A stretch of 56,101 nt of DNA from Actinomycetes bacterium (GCA_037129655.1 JBAXUN010000001.1:1-56101), one strand, 5' to 3'. Positions 42,544 to 53,031 are shown, counted from the stretch's first letter. Numbers and translations are program-made. Notes: generated by a model from the letters alone, not told the origin.

Positions 42544-45255
42544 TCAGAGCCGTCGCACTTCGTCGTCATGACGGGCGGGTGCCTGACGCAAAACAGCCGT
42601 TGCACCAAGCACGGCCAATCCTTCGGTCGATACGACAACGGGCTCCAAGCGCAGTTCAGCCAACTCCGGGATGTCGTCCGCCAACAAGCCAACACGCACG
42701 ATGAGATCCACGAGGGCTGACTGATTTACCGGTGGCGATCCGTCGTATCCGTTGAGCAGCGGTGCGGACTTTGGTGTGTGAATGAGGTCAGTTGCGTCGA
42801 CGTCAGAAAGCGGCGGGATCCGATACCCCCGATCACCTAGCAACTCGGGAACAACCCCGGCCAAACCGAATGACACGACGGGACCAAAGAGTTCGTCCTC
42901 AGCGGAGCTGATCACACATGCAACACCTGGCGTGGCCATCCGTTGAATTGCGACCCGAGCTAACGCTGTTGAATCTAATGTTGCAGCCATTGACGAAAAT
43001 GCGGTCAGAATTTCACCGGGGTTTTCCAAATTTAGCCTCACTCCCCCGAGATCGGTGCGTGTTGCATATCGGCGGTCGAGTGTCTTCATGACGACGGGGT
43101 ATCCCAACGACTCCGCCGCAGCCACTGCGTCATCTTCGGTTATGACTTCGATCGCCGGCCAAACCTCGATCCCATATGCGGTAAGTAAGCGGGTGAGCAC
43201 CGAATCAGGCGAACCTGCGTTCAAAGCGGTCGTAATGTGACCTTCGGCGTCGATGTTCGCCCAAGATTCAGCACTCTGACGATTCAACTCGCGAGCCACG
43301 ATCTTCTTCGCATCGACTGGAGTCACATCATCTAGCTCGTTGATGTGACCGATATCGCGACTTCGCCACTCTGCATAGCGAACTACCCGTGCCACTGCTC
43401 GAACTGCAACCTCCGCCGTTCCAAAGAACGGCAATGCATCTGTCGACACACCGTCAGAAACAAGCCCACTTTCTTCAACCGCGGCCACCAGGACTGCCAC
43501 AGCGGGCTTACCGGAATTCGTAGCGGCCTGAGCCAAAGCGCGCTGGTATTCCTCGTGTGAACGACCCATCACGGGAACATGCGTGGCAATGACGAGATCC
43601 GCTAATGGATTGGCAAGAGCGTTCTTGACTGCAGCCGCCAGCTCTATTGCAGAGCAATTGTGCGGCAACACGTCGCTCTGCAAAACGACCTCCAACCCTT
43701 GGCCTGCACAGGCATCGGCGATCAGGACAGATAGTGCGTCGGAATTACTCACGATCGCGACTCGATTGCCCGCCGGAAGCGGTTGATGGCGAAGGACACT
43801 GGCAACATCAAACAACTCGGTCAGGGAATCGGTCTCAATGACGCCGGCTTGGGCGAAAAGGGAATCCACCGCAGCTGGTGGCAGGCTCGTTCGGCGCACG
43901 GTGTGGCCAAGTGGATACGCCTGAGTTGAACGGCCTGATCGCATGGCTACCAATGGTTTTACTCGAGAAAGTCTACGAGCAATTCGTGCGAACTTCCGCG
44001 GGTTTCCGATGCTTTCCAAGTACAACAGGACGAGATCAGTCGCGTCATCGTCCTGCCAATATTGAAGTAAATCGTTACCAGACACGTCCGCACGATTGCC
44101 TGCCGATACGAACGTAGAAACACCTAGACCGCGCCGACTCGCGCGATCCAGAATCGTGCCGCCAAGGGCACCGCTCTGACAAAAGAATCCGATCGGCGCC
44201 CGAGCGGGAAGGTCCGGAGCAAGTGATGCATTGAGCCGGATCCCCGGATCGGTATTCAGAATGCCCATTGCATTCGGGCCAACGATGCGCATCCCACTGC
44301 CACGCGCTTGACGAACGATGGATCGCTGAAGTGCAGCACCCTCGGGACCTCCCTCGGCGAACCCCCGGCTGACAATCACCAGTCCGGCCACCCCCGCCTG
44401 CGCGCAATCGTCGACAACGGAGGGCACCTCCGACGCAGGAACAGAGACGATCGCAAGGCTCGGCGCGAAGGGAACATCGGTAACGCGACCATAGACATCA
44501 ACCCCTTCGATCCGATCACCAACGGCCGATCTATTCACCGCGGCGATATCACCGGTGAAGCCGCCGTCGATAACCTGACGGAGCAATTGGCGTCCCAATG
44601 ACTGTTCCTCTCGGCCAGCGCCAATCACGACAACAGAGGACGGAGCTACCAGGCGCGCAACGCTCTGCGCCTCAGCGTGCTGCTCGCGAGCAGAACGAAC
44701 AGCGATCGAGGTCTCGGTGGGTTCGATGGCAAAACTGAGCAGAACGACGCCATCTTCTAGGCGTGCCGATGTCTCGTAGCCCGCTTCATGAAATGTGGCC
44801 AGCATCCGGCGGTTAGTCGGCAAGACCTCAGCGACGAATCTCGAGATACCTCGTTCACGTGCCGCGGCGGCGAGGTGTTCAAGTAGAACCGATCCAAGTC
44901 CGCGCCCCTGATGATCATCGTGAACGACAAAGGCAACCTCGGCCTCTCCCTCATCCACCCGGTCGTAGCGGCCCACTCCAACCAACTGATCGGCGATGGT
45001 TGCCACCAAAGCGACGCGATCGACGTGATCAACGTGGGTGAATCGATGGAGATCGCGTTCAGTTAGTTCCGGGTAGGGGGCGAAAAAGCGAAGATAGATC
45101 GTCTCTCTAGATAGGGAGCGATGAAAATCGGCCAGGCCCTGCGAATCACTTGGCCGAATTGGCCTGATGTGCACCGGACGGCCATCACGCAATGCAACGT
45201 CTGCCTCCCAGCGCGAAGGCGGGTCAACGGGATCAGGCAACACAGCGTCCTGCAT
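42544..45255 (-). CDS. GNAT plus NDP-forming acyl-CoA synthetase-like fusion (Pat-type protein lysine acetyltransferase, GNAT N-terminal)
   Basis: N-terminal GNAT (WEADVALRDG, HQGRGLGSVLLEHL), then CoA-binding (GPN, QSG, SAGNRADVSGND) and ATP-grasp-like domains. Start trimmed to ATG 45255. Confidence 0.88.
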   Translation of the reverse strand: MQDAVLPDPVDPPSRWEADVALRDGRPVHIRPIRPSDSQGLADFHRSLSRETIYLRFFAPYPELTERDLHRFTHVDHVDRVALVATIADQLVGVGRYDRVDEGEAEVAFVVHDDHQGRGLGSVLLEHLAAAARERGISRFVAEVLPTNRRMLATFHEAGYETSARLEDGVVLLSFAIEPTETSIAVRSAREQHAEAQSVARLVAPSSVVVIGAGREEQSLGRQLLRQVIDGGFTGDIAAVNRSAVGDRIEGVDVYGRVTDVPFAPSLAIVSVPASEVPSVVDDCAQAGVAGLVIVSRGFAEGGPEGAALQRSIVRQARGSGMRIVGPNAMGILNTDPGIRLNASLAPDLPARAPIGFFCQSGALGGTILDRASRRGLGVSTFVSAGNRADVSGNDLLQYWQDDDATDLVLLYLESIGNPRKFARIARRLSRVKPLVAMRSGRSTQAYPLGHTVRRTSLPPAAVDSLFAQAGVIETDSLTELFDVASVLRHQPLPAGNRVAIVSNSDALSVLIADACAGQGLEVVLQSDVLPHNCSAIELAAAVKNALANPLADLVIATHVPVMGRSHEEYQRALAQAATNSGKPAVAVLVAAVEESGLVSDGVSTDALPFFGTAEVAVRAVARVVRYAEWRSRDIGHINELDDVTPVDAKKIVARELNRQSAESWANIDAEGHITTALNAGSPDSVLTRLLTAYGIEVWPAIEVITEDDAVAAAESLGYPVVMKTLDRRYATRTDLGGVRLNLENPGEILTAFSSMAATLDSTALARVAIQRMATPGVACVISSAEDELFGPVVSFGLAGVVPELLGDRGYRIPPLSDVDATDLIHTPKSAPLLNGYDGSPPVNQSALVDLIVRVGLLADDIPELAELRLEPVVVSTEGLAVLGATAVLRQAPARHDDEVRRL

Positions 45256-45390
45256 GAAACACAACGTAGCCCGAACCACGATCAAATGCGGGCCAAGCGC
45301 GACACGCACCCCCCGTAGCCCCGCTTGCTCATGTCGGGGGGCGATGATGGAGCCGAACGTCCCCTGCTGTCTGGAGTCTTGAACACCGCC

Positions 45391-47889
45391 ATGGCCCGTC
45401 GTCCCACCGCCCCTACCCCGAACCAGCCTGAGCGCATCATCGACATTGATGTTGCCGATGAAATGCGTGGTTCGTTCCTTGAGTACGCGTACTCGGTCAT
45501 CTACTCACGCGCACTTCCCGATGCCCGCGATGGTCTCAAGCCCGTGCAGCGGCGAATCCTCTACCAAATGGCAGAAATGGGCCTGCGCCCAGAGCGACCA
45601 CATGTGAAGAGCGCCCGCGTCGTCGGCGATGTTATGGGCAAACTGCACCCTCACGGGGACGGGGCGATTTATGACGCACTCGTGCGCATGGCACAGCCCT
45701 TCGCGCTGAGGCTGCCCCTGATCGATGGACACGGCAATTTTGGATCACTTGATGATGGTCCCGCGGCTATGCGCTACACCGAATGTCGGTCCGCAGTTTC
45801 CGCGCAATTGATGACAACCTCGCTCGACGAAGACACCGTCGACTACGCACCGAACTACGATGGGCGCGAGACCGAGCCCGTTGTGCTGCCGGCAGCAATT
45901 CCGAATCTGCTGGTGAACGGTGCATCGGGAATTGCCGTTGGTATGGCAACGAATATTGCACCGCACAATCTCGTCGAGGTTATCGCTGCGGCCCGCCACT
46001 TGATCTCTCACCCCAAGGCAACCCTTGACGATTTAATGGGGTTCATTCCTGGGCCAGACTTCCCCACCGGCGGGCGCATCATTGGGCTCGATGGAATTCG
46101 CGAAGCCTACGAAACTGGTCGCGGTACATTCCGGGTCAGAGCCACGACGAGGATCGAAAGCGTGTCACCGCGCCGCAAGGGCATCATCGTTAGCGAACTG
46201 CCCTACATGGTCGGCCCGGAGAAGGTGATTGCGAAGATCAAGGATGCAGTCGAGGCCAAAAAGATCGCTGGAATTGCGGAGATCACCGACCTGACGGACA
46301 TGGAATCCGACGGACTCAATCTCGTCATTGAGATCAAGAACGGCTTCAATCCCGAGGCCATTCTCGACCAGCTCTACCAGTTGACGCCGATGGAGGATTC
46401 CTTTGGCATCAACGCAGTTGCGCTCGTTGATGGGCAACCACGCACTCTGGGTCTCAGCGAAATGTTGCACGTCTTCATCGATCACCGATTCGAGGTGGTA
46501 CGACGTCGCTCGTCGTATCGTCGACGTAAGGCCGAAGAGCGTTTACATCTCGTCGAAGGTCTTCTGGTGGCCATCCTCGACATTGACGAGGTCATCGCCC
46601 TGATTCGATCGTCCGATGATGCAGCCGCTGCCCGAATCCGTTTGACGCAGGTTTTTGAACTCAGTGACACGCAAGCGGCATACATCCTCGAGATGCCGCT
46701 GCGTCGTTTGACGAAGTTCAGTCGTATCGAACTGGAATCCGAGCGTGACGAACTCGCAAGACGAATCAGTGATTTAACGGCAATCCTGGACGACGATAAG
46801 AAGCTTCGCGCCGTCGTCTCCAGTGAACTTGCAGATGTCGCAAAGGAGCACGGAACGCCACGTCGCACCGTTTTGCTCGAGTCCATCGGCGCCCCGGCCA
46901 GCACTGCTGTTCCCCTCGAGGTCACGGACGACCCGTGTGTGGTTTTGATGTCGAGTACTGGCCTGCTCGCGCGATCGAATGACGAACGTGACATCCCCGT
47001 AGATGGTGAGCGATCTGCTCACGATGTCATCGTGTCTGCCGTAAGGTCAACAGCCCGTGGACATATCGGCATCGTCACCGGCTTTGGTCGAGTGCTACGC
47101 CTGCCTGTCATCGAGCTTCCTGCGCTACCGCCAACGCACGGGGCTCCGTCACTTGCGGGCGGCGTTCCTCTCGGAGCAATCCTGACTTTAGATAAAGGTG
47201 AGACCGCAGTTGGTTTGTGCTCGGTCACCGGCGACGGCGTCGGCATCGCCCTGGGCACTGCACATGGTGTGGTGAAAAGGGTCAACCCCGAAGTTCCCAC
47301 GTCAGCCGATAACTGGTCGGTTATCAGACTTGATGACGGCGACACGGTGGTCGGCGCCGTTGAGCTCACAACCGGCGACGAAGAGTTGGTGTTCATCACT
47401 AACGACGCACAACTGTTGCACTTTGGTGCTGACGCAGTTCGGCCTCAGGGACGACCCGCCGGCGGCATGGCAGGTATTCGACTTAGTGATGGCGCGAGGG
47501 TCATTCACTTTGGCGCCGTAGACACCAAGCGCGAACATGTTGTAGTGACCGCAGCAGGAACCAGTGGCGCACTGCCCGGTACATCCGGAGCATCGGTGAA
47601 GGTCACACCGTTCTCTGAATATCCAGGCAAGGGCCGGGCCACTGGCGGCGTGCGCGTGCAGAGGTTCCTCAAAGGCGAAGACGTTTTGCTGATTGGGTGG
47701 GTTGGACCAACACCTGCACGCGCTGCCACCCCCCAAGGGGCACCTGCACCACTGCCGCCCATCGATGAGCGGCGCGACGCATCAGGCTTACCGACCTCCA
47801 AACCAGTTGCCGCCGTCAGCGGTCCGATTAGCATCGGTGGACCTGCGCCCACGCCTGCACCGACGCAGGGTGAGACGATCGACACGTGA
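45391..47889 (+). CDS. parC: DNA topoisomerase IV subunit A (GyrA/ParC family)
   Basis: [21 protein letters not shown] and AAMRYTE. No adjacent gyrB or oriC context, and the position next to Pat is typical of actinobacterial Topo IV. Confidence 0.85.
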   Translation: MARRPTAPTPNQPERIIDIDVADEMRGSFLEYAYSVIYSRALPDARDGLKPVQRRILYQMAEMGLRPERPHVKSARVVGDVMGKLHPHGDGAIYDALVRMAQPFALRLPLIDGHGNFGSLDDGPAAMRYTECRSAVSAQLMTTSLDEDTVDYAPNYDGRETEPVVLPAAIPNLLVNGASGIAVGMATNIAPHNLVEVIAAARHLISHPKATLDDLMGFIPGPDFPTGGRIIGLDGIREAYETGRGTFRVRATTRIESVSPRRKGIIVSELPYMVGPEKVIAKIKDAVEAKKIAGIAEITDLTDMESDGLNLVIEIKNGFNPEAILDQLYQLTPMEDSFGINAVALVDGQPRTLGLSEMLHVFIDHRFEVVRRRSSYRRRKAEERLHLVEGLLVAILDIDEVIALIRSSDDAAAARIRLTQVFELSDTQAAYILEMPLRRLTKFSRIELESERDELARRISDLTAILDDDKKLRAVVSSELADVAKEHGTPRRTVLLESIGAPASTAVPLEVTDDPCVVLMSSTGLLARSNDERDIPVDGERSAHDVIVSAVRSTARGHIGIVTGFGRVLRLPVIELPALPPTHGAPSLAGGVPLGAILTLDKGETAVGLCSVTGDGVGIALGTAHGVVKRVNPEVPTSADNWSVIRLDDGDTVVGAVELTTGDEELVFITNDAQLLHFGADAVRPQGRPAGGMAGIRLSDGARVIHFGAVDTKREHVVVTAAGTSGALPGTSGASVKVTPFSEYPGKGRATGGVRVQRFLKGEDVLLIGWVGPTPARAATPQGAPAPLPPIDERRDASGLPTSKPVAAVSGPISIGGPAPTPAPTQGETIDT

Positions 47890-48860
47890 ACGAGAATCCT
47901 CGATGCTCCGTTGAATCGCTCGCTGCCGACGAGCCGCTAGCTGGCAGCGCACCTAGAGCACGGGCGTGGCTCATCCTTGAGCAAAGCGGACCGTACGGGT
48001 TCGATGCTCTCAGTGATTCGCATTTACCCGCGGAGGTCCGCCTAGCCCTTGCCGAAGCAGGGAAAGAAACTGGGACGAATGTTCTGCTCGCTCGCCCAGT
48101 GGGTCAGCACGCCGATACACATGTCGTCGGCGACAGCCGGCGGTTCTGGCTTGCGCACTGCGCTCCCGGTGGGGCGCGCATGCGGTCTGGAGTTCTTGCC
48201 GACGCGGAGTTGACACGTCCTGACCTTCGCGATGTCCTGAGTGCTGCTTCACATGGTGAGCTACCACCTTGGGGCTCACGAACCAGTGACCCCCTGATGC
48301 TGGTCTGCACGAATTCCAAGCGAGACCTGTGCTGTGCTCTAGAGGGCCGGCCACTGGCTGAAGCATTGTCTGCAGATCCGACCACGTCGGAGTCTGTTTT
48401 GGAGGTTAGCCACATCGGTGGTCATCGATTTGCCCCCACGGTGCTCCTCCTACCAACCGGACACGTTTATGGCCGGCTCAACGCGGAGCAAGCGCGGTCT
48501 GTCCTGATTGGTGCGCGCAGTGGGAAACTCCTACATCCCGAGCATCTACGCGGCCGTTCATCAGCTGCACAACCAGCCCAAGTTGCCGCGGTTGCGATCC
48601 GCACCGGCTATGACATCGAAGGACTCGACAGTCTTGACGTGTTGCGCAAGGTCGGCGACAAGGTTGTCCCCTTCCCCTTGCGTTGGGATGGCGAAGATGG
48701 ACACGCCGAGATTGAAGTTCGACATCGTGACGGTCGAGCCTGGTCTGTGAGCGTTGCTCAATCTCAGCTTTTGCCACGATCTGAATCGTGCGGAAAGCCA
48801 GCCAAATCCGCCAGCGTTTGGAAGGCTGAATCAATTGAAACTCTGCCAGCCTGGTTTTAG
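47886..48860 (+). CDS. Sucrase/ferredoxin-like (Apd1/Aim32-type) [2Fe-2S] protein
   Basis: C-x8-C ([10 protein letters not shown]) and HIGGH. GTGA overlap with the parC stop. Confidence 0.85.
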   Translation: MNENPRCSVESLAADEPLAGSAPRARAWLILEQSGPYGFDALSDSHLPAEVRLALAEAGKETGTNVLLARPVGQHADTHVVGDSRRFWLAHCAPGGARMRSGVLADAELTRPDLRDVLSAASHGELPPWGSRTSDPLMLVCTNSKRDLCCALEGRPLAEALSADPTTSESVLEVSHIGGHRFAPTVLLLPTGHVYGRLNAEQARSVLIGARSGKLLHPEHLRGRSSAAQPAQVAAVAIRTGYDIEGLDSLDVLRKVGDKVVPFPLRWDGEDGHAEIEVRHRDGRAWSVSVAQSQLLPRSESCGKPAKSASVWKAESIETLPAWF

Positions 48861-48921
48861 TTAGGCGACTGTTCATGAGAGAACAAGTTGTCCGCACGCC
48901 GCGATTTGCTAGGTTGAGAGC

Positions 48922-49434
48922 ATGACTGGATTCCCCCTAGATGCGTTCTCCGATGTCCTTGATGGCAACCGTGAATACGCAGCCCAGTACGCGGGTATGT
49001 CGCTGACCGGCAGAGCCCTCAAAGGTCTTGCAATGGTCACCTGCATGGACAGTCGAATCGCGCCGCTGAGCGTTATCGGTATGGCCCCGGGTGACGTCAA
49101 AATTCTGCGCAACGCTGGCGCTCGTGTAACCGACGATGTGTTGCGCACCTTGGTGCTAGCTAAATATCTGTTGGGGGTTAACCGAGTTCTCGTCATGCCA
49201 CACACAGATTGCAAGATGGCCAGCGCTAGTGAAGCTGATATCCACGATAAAATCATGGCTGATTTCGGTGTCGATACGCGCAGTGAGGAGTTTCGAACCG
49301 TGGATGACCAGCTTGCCGCACTGAAGTACGACGTCATCCGTATTCGCTCATACCCGCTGCTACCCAAGGATCTAATGGTTGGCGGAGCGATTTACGATGT
49401 CAAGACTGGTGCATTGAACGTCGTCGACGTCTAG
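48922..49434 (+). CDS. Beta-class carbonic anhydrase (small, clade D-like)
   Basis: TCMDSR, RNAG, HTDC and GAIYDVKTG in 170 aa. Confidence 0.9.
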   Translation: MTGFPLDAFSDVLDGNREYAAQYAGMSLTGRALKGLAMVTCMDSRIAPLSVIGMAPGDVKILRNAGARVTDDVLRTLVLAKYLLGVNRVLVMPHTDCKMASASEADIHDKIMADFGVDTRSEEFRTVDDQLAALKYDVIRIRSYPLLPKDLMVGGAIYDVKTGALNVVDV

Positions 49435-50769
49435 TCACGATTTCAAGGCGGCGTTAAGTCCCTCGAGTGAGTGAAGTGTGGTGCGTTCGCGACCCCGCGT
49501 GGCACCTAGTGACCGCTCGGCGGCATCAATCCGCTTCCATCCATCGAAGCCGATCGGCTCAATTCCCCTAGTCGCCAGCAGATCAAAGACTCCGTTACCA
49601 CCCTTGACCGGCTCATCGGCGAGGTCAAGCAGCAGCGATACAACGGTGGCGGCTGCATCTTTCTTGTTGGTGCCGATGATCCCACTCGGACCACGCTTGA
49701 TCCAGCCAGCCACGTAGAGACCCTTGATGGGAACCCCCGTGTCAGGCAGTACGCGACCCTCATCATTGGGGATCACATTGCGCCTTGTGTCGAATGGAAC
49801 ATCGTCGATAGGGGTGCCGCGGTAGCCAACCGATCGCACGATCAACTGAGCCGCAACGTCGAACGTCTCCCCTGTTCCCACCGCAGACCCTGACTCATCG
49901 ACCGTTGTACGCTCGACTTTTACGAGCTCCACGTGATCTGCGCCAACAATCTCGACCGGACGAGCACGAAAATGGAGATGAATTGACTTCGGTGCGGCGT
50001 GCCCATCACGTGAAGACCATTCGCGGATGATCTCGACGTTTCGAGCTACAACTCGATCCGATTCGATGTGCGCGGTGCTCGACGCTTCCATTTCTAGCGC
50101 AGCCGGATCGACGATGACGTCCACACCGTCGAATTCGCCCAATTCGCGAAGTTCTTTCGTGGTCCAGGTGGCATGCGCGGGGCTGCGTCGTCCCAGCACG
50201 TGAACCTGACTGATGGACGCACCGGCCAATGCATCGAGAACATGCTGTGGCATGTCGGTTTCGGCCAGACGTGCGTTGGGAGCGACCAGGATGCGGGTAA
50301 CGTCGACCGCCACATTGCCCACCCCGACGACCACAACAGATGTGGCAGCGGCCAAGGCGGCTTCGATCCTCTCGCGATCCGCATCCGGATGACCGCAGTA
50401 CCAAGCGACGAGATCTGTTGCTGCGATACTCCCCGGAAGTTCTTCACCAGGAATATCGAGGGAACGGTCGCGCGACGCTCCGTATGTTAGTACGACTGCG
50501 TCGTATGCGTCGAGAAGTTCTTGGACGCTGACGTCCACACCGACCTCGACCCCAGCGAGAAGCCGCACGTTCGGTTCGAGGAAAACCTTCTCAAGGGTGT
50601 TGCGCACAGAGCGAATCGAATGATGATCTGGGGCAACCCCGTATCGTACAAGCCCGAAAGGCACTGGCAGGCGATCGATTACATCGACGCTATGTCCAGC
50701 CGCCACCAAAGCATCGGTCGCATAAAGGCCGGATGGACCAGCACCAACAACAGCAACACGCATACTCAC
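49435..50769 (-). CDS. Ferredoxin--NADP+ reductase, adrenodoxin reductase/FprA type
   Basis: GAGPSG, PFGLVRYGVAPDH, NADP motif GVGNVAVD and GWIKRGPSGIIGTN. No fused ferredoxin domain. Confidence 0.92.
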   Translation of the reverse strand: MSMRVAVVGAGPSGLYATDALVAAGHSVDVIDRLPVPFGLVRYGVAPDHHSIRSVRNTLEKVFLEPNVRLLAGVEVGVDVSVQELLDAYDAVVLTYGASRDRSLDIPGEELPGSIAATDLVAWYCGHPDADRERIEAALAAATSVVVVGVGNVAVDVTRILVAPNARLAETDMPQHVLDALAGASISQVHVLGRRSPAHATWTTKELRELGEFDGVDVIVDPAALEMEASSTAHIESDRVVARNVEIIREWSSRDGHAAPKSIHLHFRARPVEIVGADHVELVKVERTTVDESGSAVGTGETFDVAAQLIVRSVGYRGTPIDDVPFDTRRNVIPNDEGRVLPDTGVPIKGLYVAGWIKRGPSGIIGTNKKDAAATVVSLLLDLADEPVKGGNGVFDLLATRGIEPIGFDGWKRIDAAERSLGATRGRERTTLHSLEGLNAALKS

Positions 50770-50806
50770 GGCGACACCACTTCAGTTTCGATGATCAGAA
50801 CACGAA

Positions 50807-51454
50807 TCAGGACAGTCCGAGTGTTTCACGAACTTGGCCATACGAGTTCTCAGGATCAAGTACGTCGAACCATATCGTCTGCATTCCGACCGACTGTGCC
50901 CCAGCGACGTTAGCCGGTTGGTCGTCAACAAACAGACAGTATTCGGCGGGAACCCCGAGCCGTTGAACTAACAACTCGTAGATCTCAGGATGAGGCTTGA
51001 GGACGTGTTCAACTGATCCATCGACGAGAGTGTCCAAGTCGCGAAGGATCGTCATGCGATCAACCCATGCTTGACCGTGGAACGCCTTCATATCATTCGT
51101 CAGAACCGCCACCTTGTAACCAGCGGTCTTTGCGTCTGACACCAACGCGCGAGCACCTGCTCGCAGCATTAGATCTTCATCGATGTCGAACAGATACTCC
51201 ATCATGCCCCGAAACGTAGGCTCAGAACCGGTCAGCTCGGCGAACTCATTTGACCGACGCTGCCAATACTCCCGCTCGGTGATGACCTCGGCCTGCATGT
51301 CACGCCAGTCTGCGTCAGACGTCGGATCAAATGGGCCCGTCCACGCCAAGGTGCCGGCAGCCAACCCCGCTCTTTCCTCGCCGATACCGCGCAACTCGAA
51401 TGGAGTCTTGAGAACCGGACCACCGAAATCCAAGACTAGAGCGTGGATCTCCAA
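50807..51454 (-). CDS. HAD superfamily hydrolase (subfamily IA), probable phosphatase
   Basis: LVLDFGGP (motif I), VLTND, LKPHPEIY and FVDDQPANV. TTG start. Confidence 0.85.
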   Translation of the reverse strand: MEIHALVLDFGGPVLKTPFELRGIGEERAGLAAGTLAWTGPFDPTSDADWRDMQAEVITEREYWQRRSNEFAELTGSEPTFRGMMEYLFDIDEDLMLRAGARALVSDAKTAGYKVAVLTNDMKAFHGQAWVDRMTILRDLDTLVDGSVEHVLKPHPEIYELLVQRLGVPAEYCLFVDDQPANVAGAQSVGMQTIWFDVLDPENSYGQVRETLGLS

Positions 51455-51459
51455 CAGAC

Positions 51460-51717
51460 TCAGTGCTCCGCTTCAAAGATGGTGGCCCGATCGACCTTCA
51501 CCACATTGCCCGTCCATGAACACCCTGGACACCAGGTATAGAAGACCCGCTCATCGGACCGCCAGTACTCAGTGATCATTCCGTCGTCAAGACTGCCCCC
51601 ACAGGTTGGGCAGAACTTGGGACGGTCGAGTAGGTGCCGCTCGGCGTCAGGGGAAAACCACTCACCGGGATCAGGTAAGCGATGTGGGTCCAAAGGCAAG
51701 AGCGATGGGTCAACCAT
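51460..51717 (-). CDS. Small protein with two CxxC motifs (zinc-ribbon/rubredoxin-like)
   Basis: FCPTCG-x-WCPGC in 85 aa. It starts 2 bp after the Rieske stop and ends 5 bp before the HAD start. Confidence 0.75.
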   Translation of the reverse strand: MVDPSLLPLDPHRLPDPGEWFSPDAERHLLDRPKFCPTCGGSLDDGMITEYWRSDERVFYTWCPGCSWTGNVVKVDRATIFEAEH

Positions 51718-51719
51718 GA

Positions 51720-52976
51720 CTATGCCCCGCTCTTAGCCTTTTCACGAGCCACGGCCGCTTCACGATGCAACACCAGCAGCTGTTCCTTCAATGGGCTGTA
51801 GCGCATAGAGCCGCCGGTGATCCACTGATCGGTGAACGCTGTTCCAGCGCCAAACTTATCGCGTTCACACGGTAGGTCGATAACCTCGTGATCCTCGCGA
51901 ATGATCGCAATCGGATCCTCGCCGTTGGCGACCTTGCGCATGTTTTCCTTGAACATTTTGCGAAGTAGAGCAACACCAGCATCGCTGCGACCGAGGTGTT
52001 CTTGGGAACGGTCGATGATCGGGCCTTGGCTGACCCACGCCATGACGTCCTGTCCCTCGACGTAGTCGGTGATGAATTCACCGTTCTCGTCTTTATATGG
52101 GAACGGGTAGAACACGGGGCGCTCCTGGTGTTCCCACGTTCCACCCTCAGGGTGGTGAAGTGAGTAAAAGAGCGTCCACGTGGTGGTGTCATCGATCGGC
52201 ACGCGAATCTGCATTTGATCGATCCACTGACCCCCAACGCGCATGAATAGCGGGAAGACCAAGGGGTGACCAATCGCCCAATCGTCATCAGCCTCGCTGT
52301 GACCCTCAAGCACGCGACGCTTGAGAATGCCCCAATGGAACTCATCGAACGCGGTCTTCATGTGCTTCTTTTGGAAAGACTTTGGTGCATCGAACCCTTG
52401 CGTCTGGCCAAGGAACTCGAAGTAGTAGCCATGCAGCCACTCGACGTGGTGGGGATCTACTGAGTTCTCCATGATCTGGAGCCAATTACACGGCAGGGTG
52501 GCGTAACCGGCTTCGCGGATACCGTCGAGAACGAATACGTCAAAGCGTGGAAGCTTTGGTGCCGGTGCTTCGCCGACGTAAACCCAGATCATGCCGCCCA
52601 TAGCCTCGGCCAGACCCGCCTTAGCCTTCACCCGAGCCCTGAAGTTTTCGTTCTCAGCTTCAGCAGGCTGTTCGATGCAGTTGCCGTCCATGTCGAACTT
52701 CCAACCGTGGTAACCACAGCGGATGCCCTCTTCGTGCACGACACCGTAAGTCAGTGAGGCGCGGCGGTGCGGGCAGTGCTCGCCAATGATCCCGTACTTA
52801 CCAGACGGTGTTTTATAGAGCGTCCAGTCTTCACTGAGAAGGCGCACGGTCTTACTCGGCTTGGTGTCGAAGTCCTCTTCGAATGCGATCGGGTACCAGT
52901 AGTAGCGAAGGAGTTCCCCCATGGGCGTGCCAGGGCCGACCTTTGTGAGTTCTTCATTCTGTTCCACGGTTAGCAT
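51720..52976 (-). CDS. Rieske non-heme iron oxygenase alpha subunit, LigXa/phthalate dioxygenase-like (no beta subunit)
   Basis: MLTVEQNEELTKVGPGTPMGELLR, Rieske CPHR...CGYHGW, and mononuclear iron site ENSVDPHHVEWLH plus the GQD Asp. ATG 52976 follows GGAGGGA. Confidence 0.92.
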   Translation of the reverse strand: MLTVEQNEELTKVGPGTPMGELLRYYWYPIAFEEDFDTKPSKTVRLLSEDWTLYKTPSGKYGIIGEHCPHRRASLTYGVVHEEGIRCGYHGWKFDMDGNCIEQPAEAENENFRARVKAKAGLAEAMGGMIWVYVGEAPAPKLPRFDVFVLDGIREAGYATLPCNWLQIMENSVDPHHVEWLHGYYFEFLGQTQGFDAPKSFQKKHMKTAFDEFHWGILKRRVLEGHSEADDDWAIGHPLVFPLFMRVGGQWIDQMQIRVPIDDTTTWTLFYSLHHPEGGTWEHQERPVFYPFPYKDENGEFITDYVEGQDVMAWVSQGPIIDRSQEHLGRSDAGVALLRKMFKENMRKVANGEDPIAIIREDHEVIDLPCERDKFGAGTAFTDQWITGGSMRYSPLKEQLLVLHREAAVAREKAKSGA

Positions 52977-53031
52977 TGCAGTATCCCTCCACCGCATTCG
53001 ACGCTGTGTTTCGTGATTCTTTCAGATGACA

